Origin: Hyphomonas sp.
GTDB lineage: Bacteria > Pseudomonadota > Alphaproteobacteria > Caulobacterales > Hyphomonadaceae
Assembly: GCA_046293935.1 (NCBI GenBank)
Contig: JBKBJF010000001.1
Span: 58,279-122,278, forward strand
DNA: 64,000 nt
Direction: 5' to 3'
In this document: positions 57,560 through 64,000 of the stretch, piece by piece
Position numbering within the stretch: position 1 is the stretch's first letter
How the letters are laid out: each line of letters opens with the position of its first letter
Made by a program: the position numbers and the translations under genes
The notes under the pieces: model-generated
Seen by the model: the letters and a program-made list of their open reading frames with translations, nothing else
The model's database searches: none
Told to the model about the DNA's origin: nothing

Positions 57560-58563
57560 GGCTGCTCAGCGCACTTCTTTCACTGCTCGCCCTGACCTTG
57601 CTGGCAGGATGCACAACGACATCTGCGGAGGCCCCTGTCATGGTAAAACCGGAATGGCGGCTGGTAATCCACGGCGGCGCGGGCGTGATCCTGCGCGAGA
57701 ACATGACACAGGAGCGTGAGGCAGCTTTCGAGGCGGCGCTGCAACGCTCGATGGAGGCAGGCGCAGCGGTTCTGCGCGAAGGCGGCGCGGCGCTGGACGC
57801 GGTCGAGGCCGCCGTGCTGGTGATGGAAGACGACCCGCTGTTCAATGCCGGCTATGGCGCCGTGTTCACGGCCGACGGGCGGCATGAACTGGACGCCACC
57901 TTCATGGACGGGCGCGACCGGAATGCAGGCGCAGTCGCCGGTGTGACGCGGGTGAAGAACCCGATCCGTGCAGCGCGGGCGGTGATGGAAAAGTCCGAGC
58001 ACGTGATGTTTGCGGGCGCGGGCGCCGATGCGTTTGCCGAGGCGCAGGGCCTCGAGATGGTGGACAACAGCTATTTTGATACCGATTGGCGGCGCGAAGC
58101 CCTGGAACGCGTGCTGCTGGAACGCGCCCGCACGGCAGCGGACCGGCACGGCACGGTTGGCGCCGTCGCCATTGACATGCACGGCAATCTGGCGGCTGCG
58201 ACAACGACGGGTGGGATGACAGCAAAAGCCACAGGCCGGGTGGGCGACACTCCGCTGATCGGGGCGGCGACCTATGCGGAGAATGGCGTGTGCGCCGTCT
58301 CAGCCACCGGGCACGGCGAATATTTCATCCGTGTCGGCGTGGCGAAGACGATCTGCGACCGGGTGAAATTGCTGGGCGAGCCGATCGAGGCGGCAGGAAA
58401 TGCAGCGCTGGCGGAAGTCGCCGCGCTAGGCGGCGATGGCGGCGTGATCCTGATCGATGCGGAGGGCAAGCCTGCCTTCGCCTTCAACTCGCCGGGCATG
58501 TATCGCGGCGTGATCGATGCGAAGGGATCCATGGTTGCGATCTACGGCGACAGCGCAGACTGA
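57556..58563 (+). CDS. iaaA: Isoaspartyl peptidase / L-asparaginase (Ntn hydrolase) with lipoprotein signal
   Basis: LLAGC lipobox, IHGGAG, FNAGYG, HGTVGAVA, GRVGDTP, SATGHGE. Confidence 0.92.
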   Translation: MRLLSALLSLLALTLLAGCTTTSAEAPVMVKPEWRLVIHGGAGVILRENMTQEREAAFEAALQRSMEAGAAVLREGGAALDAVEAAVLVMEDDPLFNAGYGAVFTADGRHELDATFMDGRDRNAGAVAGVTRVKNPIRAARAVMEKSEHVMFAGAGADAFAEAQGLEMVDNSYFDTDWRREALERVLLERARTAADRHGTVGAVAIDMHGNLAAATTTGGMTAKATGRVGDTPLIGAATYAENGVCAVSATGHGEYFIRVGVAKTICDRVKLLGEPIEAAGNAALAEVAALGGDGGVILIDAEGKPAFAFNSPGMYRGVIDAKGSMVAIYGDSAD

Positions 58564-58633
58564 TTGCCAAAAATCCGCCTTACACACTCCTCTGACCCGC
58601 CCTAAACTGCTAACGGGTGGAGGAGACTTTCCG

Positions 58634-59866
58634 ATGAAACTGACCAAAAGGGAGGTTCTGGGGGCTATGGCAACCGTTCCGCTGGCGGCGTCCTGCGCGA
58701 CGACGGGCACAGCCCGCGCGCCGGATACGATTGTTGTCGGCGCCGGAGTGTTCGGGGCGTGGACAGCCGAGATGCTGCGCCGGACCGGTCGCAAGGTGGA
58801 ACTGGTCGATGCCTGGGGGCCCGCGCATGCCCGCGCCTCCTCCGGCGGGGAGTCGCGGCTCACGCGGGCGGGCTACGGCACCAGCCGGCGCTATTCCGAG
58901 ATGGCAGCGGACTCGCTGGAGGAATGGAAACGCCTGTCGAAGGATCAGGACCTGCCGCTGTTCCACAATGCCGGCGTGCTTGTCTTCTTCGATCGGGAAA
59001 GCGAATACGCCACCGGCAGCTATGAGACGATGCGTGAGCTCAATCTGCGCACCGAACTGTATGAGCCTGAGGAACTTCGCAGGCGCTGGCCGCAGATCGA
59101 CTGGACCGGGGTAAAGTTTGCGCTACTGGAGACGGATTTCGGCGCGCTGATGGCCCGGCGCAGCGTGGCCACGCTGGTGGAGCAGTTCGTCCGCAATGGA
59201 GGCACTTACCGGAAAGCAGCGATCCTGCCGCCGAAAGGAGGCGAAGCCCTGGTGTCGCTGGAAACCGCGGCGGGAGAAACGCTGCACGCCGGCGAGTTCG
59301 TTTTTGCCTGCGGGCCGTGGCTTGGCAAGCTGTTTCCCGATGTGATCGGCCAGCGCTTGTTTGTGACGAAGCAGGAAATCTTCTTTTTCCGCCCACCGGC
59401 GGGAGACGCACGGTTTGCCATGCCTGCCATGCCGGGATGGATCGACTTCTTTGGCGACACCGTAATGTATGGTTTCCCCGACCTTGAGAACCGCGGCTTC
59501 AAGGTGGCCAATGACAATCACGGCGCTTATGTAGACCCCGACACCAATGACCGCCTTGCCGATCCTGCTTCACTTGAGCAGGTGCGTGCCTATCTCGGAA
59601 AGAGGTTTCCGGCGCTGAAGGATGCGCCGCTATCCGAAACGCGGGTCTGCCAGTATGAGAACAGTTCGAATGGTGACTTGCTGATCGACCGGCATCCGCA
59701 ATGGCCAAACACGCTGCTCGTCGGCATGGGCTCCGGCCACGGCTTCAAGCATGGGCCGGCAGTGGGCAAGGCGGCAACCCGGCTGCTCGAAAGCCCATCT
59801 TCACCTCCAGACCCCCTGTTCACGCTCACCACCAAGGCCCTGAAACAGGACCGGGCCGTTCACTAG
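58634..59866 (+). CDS. FAD-dependent oxidase (sarcosine / N-methyl-amino-acid oxidase family), putative Tat lipoprotein
   Basis: TKREVL plus LAASC; VGAGVFG, ASSGGESR, RVCQYE, GSGHGFKHGP. Confidence 0.85.
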   Translation: MKLTKREVLGAMATVPLAASCATTGTARAPDTIVVGAGVFGAWTAEMLRRTGRKVELVDAWGPAHARASSGGESRLTRAGYGTSRRYSEMAADSLEEWKRLSKDQDLPLFHNAGVLVFFDRESEYATGSYETMRELNLRTELYEPEELRRRWPQIDWTGVKFALLETDFGALMARRSVATLVEQFVRNGGTYRKAAILPPKGGEALVSLETAAGETLHAGEFVFACGPWLGKLFPDVIGQRLFVTKQEIFFFRPPAGDARFAMPAMPGWIDFFGDTVMYGFPDLENRGFKVANDNHGAYVDPDTNDRLADPASLEQVRAYLGKRFPALKDAPLSETRVCQYENSSNGDLLIDRHPQWPNTLLVGMGSGHGFKHGPAVGKAATRLLESPSSPPDPLFTLTTKALKQDRAVH

Positions 59867-59947
59867 GACGTATCTGACCTGCCGGAAGGGATGACAGCGC
59901 GCAGACAGCGCGCTAACCGTCCGGCTGCACAAATGTGAGTAGCCCGC

Positions 59948-61675
59948 ATGACCAAGACCTGGGACAAATCCCGCCTGCCCTCCCGCCATGTCACCGAAGG
60001 CCCGGAACGCGCACCGCACCGCAGCTATTACTACGCGATGGGCCTGTCGACGAAGGACATCAGGAAGCCCTTTGTCGGGGTAGCATCGTGCTGGAACGAG
60101 GCGGCGCCGTGCAATACGGCCCTGATGCGCCAGGCACACGCCGCCAGCCGGGGCGTGAAGGAAGCGGATGGCACACCTCGGGAGTTCTGCACCATCACGG
60201 TCACGGATGGCATCGCGATGGGCCATGAGGGCATGCGTTCCTCACTGGCCAGCCGAGAAGCGATTGCGGACTCCGTGGAGCTGACGATGCGCGGGCATTC
60301 CTATGACGCTCTGGTCGGCGTGGCCGGCTGTGACAAGTCTTTGCCCGGCATGATGATGGCCATGCTGCGCCTCAATGTGCCGAGTGTGTTCATCTATGGC
60401 GGCTCGATACTGCCCGGCAGATTCGAGGGCAAGGACGTGACCGTTCTGGACGTGTTCGAGGCGGTCGGCGCGCATGCGGCAGGCTCAAACGACATGACGA
60501 CAGCGAAGCTCGAAGCGCTGGAAAAGCTCGCCTGCCCCGGCGACGGCGCCTGCGGCGGACAGTTCACGGCGAACACGATGGCGTGCGTGTCGGAAGCCAT
60601 AGGTCTGGCCCTGCCACTGTCTTCCGCCCTGCCTGCACCTTATCTGGAGCGTGACCAGTATTGTGTGGAGAGCGGCAGAGCCGTGATGAACCTGATCGAG
60701 AAGAATATCCGCCCGCGCGATATCTGTACACGGAAGGCTTTTGAGAACGCTGCGGTTGTCGTCGCTGCCTCTGGTGGGTCCACCAATGCAGCGCTTCACC
60801 TGCCTGCGATGGCGCATGAGTGCGGCGTGAAGTTCACCCTGAAAGAGGTTGCAGAGATTTTTGCAAGAACGCCCTATATCGCCAGCCTGAAACCCGGCGG
60901 CGATTATGTCGCCAAGGATTTCGGCGAAGCCGGCGGTGTCCCGATGCTGATGAAGACACTCTATGAGGCGGGCTACATCCACGGCGATTGCATGACTGTG
61001 ACCGGCAAGACGGTGGCGGAGAACCTGAAGGATGTCGTGTGGAACCCGAACCAGAAAGTCATTCGCCCGGCGACCGATCCGATCACACCGACTGGCGGCG
61101 TGGTAGGTCTTTGGGGATCACTGGCACCGGATGGCGCCATTGTGAAGGTGGCCGGACTGAAGAGCCTGCAGTTCAGCGGCCCCGCGCGTGTATTCGATGG
61201 CGAACAGGCCTGTTTCGAGGCCGTACGTGACCGGAAATACAAGGAAGGCGATGTGCTGGTGATCCGCTATGAGGGACCAAAGGGTGGCCCCGGCATGCGC
61301 GAGATGTTGTCAACCACAGCGGCCATCTATGGCCAGGGCATGGGTGACAAGGTGGCGCTGATCACCGATGGCCGCTTTTCCGGAGCAACTCGCGGCTTCT
61401 GCGTGGGCCATGTCGGCCCGGAAGCGCAGGAAGGCGGCCCTATTGGGCTGATCCGTGATGGTGACATCATTCGTCTTGATGCCGAGAAAGGCACCATCGA
61501 TGTTCAGCTTTCGCCAGAAGAGCTCGCCGAACGCAGGAAGAGCTGGAAACCACGCCCGACGATGTACACGTCCGGCGCGCTCCAGAAGTTTGCGAAACTG
61601 GTTGGCCCTGCACATGAAGGCGCCGTGACACATCCAGGTTTCGCCGGTGAGAGCCACGTCTACGCTGATATCTGA
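59948..61675 (+). CDS. ilvD: Dihydroxy-acid dehydratase
   Basis: [53 protein letters not shown]. Confidence 0.97.
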   Translation: MTKTWDKSRLPSRHVTEGPERAPHRSYYYAMGLSTKDIRKPFVGVASCWNEAAPCNTALMRQAHAASRGVKEADGTPREFCTITVTDGIAMGHEGMRSSLASREAIADSVELTMRGHSYDALVGVAGCDKSLPGMMMAMLRLNVPSVFIYGGSILPGRFEGKDVTVLDVFEAVGAHAAGSNDMTTAKLEALEKLACPGDGACGGQFTANTMACVSEAIGLALPLSSALPAPYLERDQYCVESGRAVMNLIEKNIRPRDICTRKAFENAAVVVAASGGSTNAALHLPAMAHECGVKFTLKEVAEIFARTPYIASLKPGGDYVAKDFGEAGGVPMLMKTLYEAGYIHGDCMTVTGKTVAENLKDVVWNPNQKVIRPATDPITPTGGVVGLWGSLAPDGAIVKVAGLKSLQFSGPARVFDGEQACFEAVRDRKYKEGDVLVIRYEGPKGGPGMREMLSTTAAIYGQGMGDKVALITDGRFSGATRGFCVGHVGPEAQEGGPIGLIRDGDIIRLDAEKGTIDVQLSPEELAERRKSWKPRPTMYTSGALQKFAKLVGPAHEGAVTHPGFAGESHVYADI

Positions 61676-61741
61676 CGGGGGCCTTCCGGGATCGGATTTC
61701 AGGCTCTAAGCTACCCCCGGCAATGACTCGGGGGGAGCGAC

Positions 61742-62734
61742 ATGGCGAATGGTGATCCGGCAGGCGCTGGCCCTCTGGGTGAACTTCCGCCCGAGTTCCG
61801 GGGCTTCGACCAGGTCTTTGAGCGCGAGATCCGCCCTGCCCTGCTGCAGCGTGAAGCAGAGCGTATCGAAGCGGCCAGAAAAGCCATCCAGACCCGCTGG
61901 ATCGGCGGTGCGATCATTGTCGCGGGCATCATTGTGGGAATGGTCCTGCTGAAGATGGCCGTTGTCTCGATCATTGTCGCGATCATCGGCTTCGGCGTCA
62001 TCGGCTGGGGCAACATGGGCATCATGAAGCTGCAGGGCGAAGCCAAGCAGCTGATCGTAGAGCCGATCGCGCGCGAGCTGCAACTTTCCTTCGAGCCTAA
62101 GCCCGGTGAGTGCGGCTCCATCTACAAGCACAAGGAGGTTGGCGTGGTGCCCGGCTGGGACCGGTCGAAGTATGAAGACCTGCTTACCGGCAAACGCGGT
62201 GAGGTCGACTTCGAACTGTTCGAGGCGCACCTTGAGGAGAAACGCACGACCACAGACTCGAAGGGCCGCACACAGACGACCTGGGTAACCGTGTTCCGCG
62301 GCCAATGCCTCCGGCTGGACTTTCACAAGACCTTCTATGGCCGCACCCTGATCACGCGGGATGCCGGCTTCTTCAACCGCTTCGGTGGCGGAAAGGGTAT
62401 GCAGCGGGCTACACTTGAAGACCCGGTGTTCGAGAAGATCTTCGAGGTCTACACCACCGACCAGGTGGAGAGCCGCTACCTTCTCACGCCGGACTTCATG
62501 CAGAAGCTGGTCGACCTCGAGAAAACCTTCAAGGGTGGCAAACTGAAGGCCGCTTTTGAAGGTGGCGAGATGTTCATTACCGTTCAGGGCGGTAACTTGT
62601 TTGAGCCGGGATCGATGTTCAAGCCCCTCGACAGCGCGGATCGCGTGCGGGACCTGATCAACGATTTTGCGGCCGTGTTCGCCATTATCGATTCGGTAAC
62701 ATTCCAGCGCAGCCGGATGCCGCCACAGGCCTGA
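61742..62734 (+). CDS. DUF3137-like membrane protein
   Basis: Two TMs; YEDLLTG, VTVFRG, LEDPVFEKIFEVYTTDQVESRYLLTP. Confidence 0.8.
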   Translation: MANGDPAGAGPLGELPPEFRGFDQVFEREIRPALLQREAERIEAARKAIQTRWIGGAIIVAGIIVGMVLLKMAVVSIIVAIIGFGVIGWGNMGIMKLQGEAKQLIVEPIARELQLSFEPKPGECGSIYKHKEVGVVPGWDRSKYEDLLTGKRGEVDFELFEAHLEEKRTTTDSKGRTQTTWVTVFRGQCLRLDFHKTFYGRTLITRDAGFFNRFGGGKGMQRATLEDPVFEKIFEVYTTDQVESRYLLTPDFMQKLVDLEKTFKGGKLKAAFEGGEMFITVQGGNLFEPGSMFKPLDSADRVRDLINDFAAVFAIIDSVTFQRSRMPPQA

Positions 62735-62825
62735 GGCTGTCCCTGCAGTCAGGAATCCCGCTGTTCACTCTGGCTTCATCACGCTCGCCGAATAATTGCC
62801 GCAGTCATCGGGAAAACACTGCTGC

Positions 62826-63194
62826 ATGGTCCGTATCCTTATTTCCTCCATTCTTTTTGCCGGCATGCTTGCTGGTCCGGCCCTTGCTAACGGCAAGGCC
62901 GACCCCGCCTGTGTTGCCATGCAGGCCAGCCTGAAGCCGCGCCAGCAAGAGATCGACACGCTGGTGGCCCGGCGCGGCGCTTCAGCTGAAGCCGTGGAGA
63001 TTACGGGACAGGCCTGGGAGGATGCGGAAGTTCACCGGCTGGTATCCGCGCCTCATGCCGCCACGGCCGACCGGGCAAAATCAGCTTATGAAGAGGCAAA
63101 GAAGCAGCTCGCCCGCGACGAACTGGTGCTGCAGTCTGCGCTCGCGCAGTTCAATACAGACGTCGCCGCCTTCAACGCCCGCTGTACCCGGTAA
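62826..63194 (+). CDS. Small secreted helical protein
   Basis: Signal peptide (..GPALA), Ala-rich helices, one Cys near each end of the mature part. Confidence 0.7.
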   Translation: MVRILISSILFAGMLAGPALANGKADPACVAMQASLKPRQQEIDTLVARRGASAEAVEITGQAWEDAEVHRLVSAPHAATADRAKSAYEEAKKQLARDELVLQSALAQFNTDVAAFNARCTR

Positions 63195-63197
63195 GAG

Positions 63198-64000
63198 TCA
63201 GGGTGTCACGATGGCAAACGGCTCGGCAGGTGCCGGGCCATCGAGGACGGACAAGAACTCGGCCGCGCTCAACGGATTGCCTTCCATCCTCAGTGCGCCA
63301 GCCTGAACCATCTCCGCCGCTTTCTGGCCACCGAAAATCATGCCGAGAAAAGCCGGCTTGCTCAGTGTCAGAATGACATCAGCGGGTTGGCCGGTTCCTG
63401 GCTCGTGCACAAGAACAGAGTGGCGGATCGAGACGGCACGGGTCTCTCCCAGATCCGGAAACACGAAGGAAAGCGACAAGGTTTTGCCGGCCGCTTTCTC
63501 CGGATCCACGCGAATCGCCAGCATGTCGAACACCTGCTCAACCGTGATGGCGGAAACGACATCCGGTGACATCGTGGTGGCCGAGGTGCCCGCAGGAGCA
63601 GCCAGCGCCTCAGCGGCGCCGGTCAAGTACATGTTGCGCCAGAGCGAGCCTTCAGCCTGAAAGCCCATCTGTTCGAAGGCGGCCGAAAGAACTTCTCGAG
63701 CCGCCGTGTTAGACTCATCGGCAAAAACAATGTGGCTCGCCACCTGAGCAGCCCAGCGATAGTCTCCCTCCGCATAGGCCTTTCGTGCCACATTCAGCGC
63801 CTTCTTCGCCCCGCCCATGGCGGCGACATAGCGCTTGGCCGCTTCTTCCGGCGGATGGGCGTTGAGGTTCGCGGGGTTGCCATCATACCAACCGAGATAG
63901 CGCTGGTAGACCGCTTTCGAGTTGTGGGACATCGTGCCGTAATAGCCGCGGTTATACCACTTCGATGCCAGTTCCGGCGGCAGCGCGATCACCTCGGCAA
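63198..64000 (-). CDS. Alkyl sulfatase (SdsA-like), C-terminal part; start outside the window
   Basis: RGYYGTMSHN, YLGWYDGNPANL, GDYRWAAQ, WRNMYLTGA, SCP2-like C-terminus. Confidence 0.9.
   Translation of the reverse strand, partial: AEVIALPPELASKWYNRGYYGTMSHNSKAVYQRYLGWYDGNPANLNAHPPEEAAKRYVAAMGGAKKALNVARKAYAEGDYRWAAQVASHIVFADESNTAAREVLSAAFEQMGFQAEGSLWRNMYLTGAAEALAAPAGTSATTMSPDVVSAITVEQVFDMLAIRVDPEKAAGKTLSLSFVFPDLGETRAVSIRHSVLVHEPGTGQPADVILTLSKPAFLGMIFGGQKAAEMVQAGALRMEGNPLSAAEFLSVLDGPAPAEPFAIVTP

Overview
GC-rich alphaproteobacterial chromosome segment. Gene content and synteny (pcm-tolC-popZ-valS, alaC-hom-glpX, rplM-rpsI-argC, CtrA boxes) suggest Hyphomonadaceae/Caulobacterales; this is inference. 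In order: the tail of a DUF4350-MoxR-DUF58-SpoIIM-RDD operon; a ~16 kb exopolysaccharide locus (two GT2s, galE, Wzy, ExoL-like GT, Wzc, OM beta-barrel, lldD, and a CDP-sugar module of RfbF, RmlC, an SDR, an HSDH-SAF oxidoreductase and an LhgO-like oxidase); eda; a coupled pair of GNAT-like genes; paired acyl-CoA dehydrogenases plus a crotonase; housekeeping genes (trmJ, icd, pnuC/NadR-kinase, glpX, hom, alaC, phaC, argC, rpsI, rplM, ctaA, ABC exporter, LOG, rhlE); a decayed patch next to tRNA-Asn and tRNA-Cys; pcm-tolC-popZ-valS-iaaA; ilvD; and a partial alkyl sulfatase. I saw no integrase, transposase or CRISPR array. Best leads: (1) a dehydratase-free CDP-hexose oxidation/epimerisation/reduction module with a possible 2-hydroxy-acid recycling arm; (2) a candidate CtrA-driven ~75-nt sRNA between the two tRNAs; (3) a split tandem-GNAT pair whose proteins both end in AA; (4) two apparent pseudoenzymes (PSD-like and phytase-like); (5) scars that the ORF track misses (truncated leuC-like ORF, broken paralog, REP doublet). 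All family calls come from reading motifs by eye; no database searches were run.
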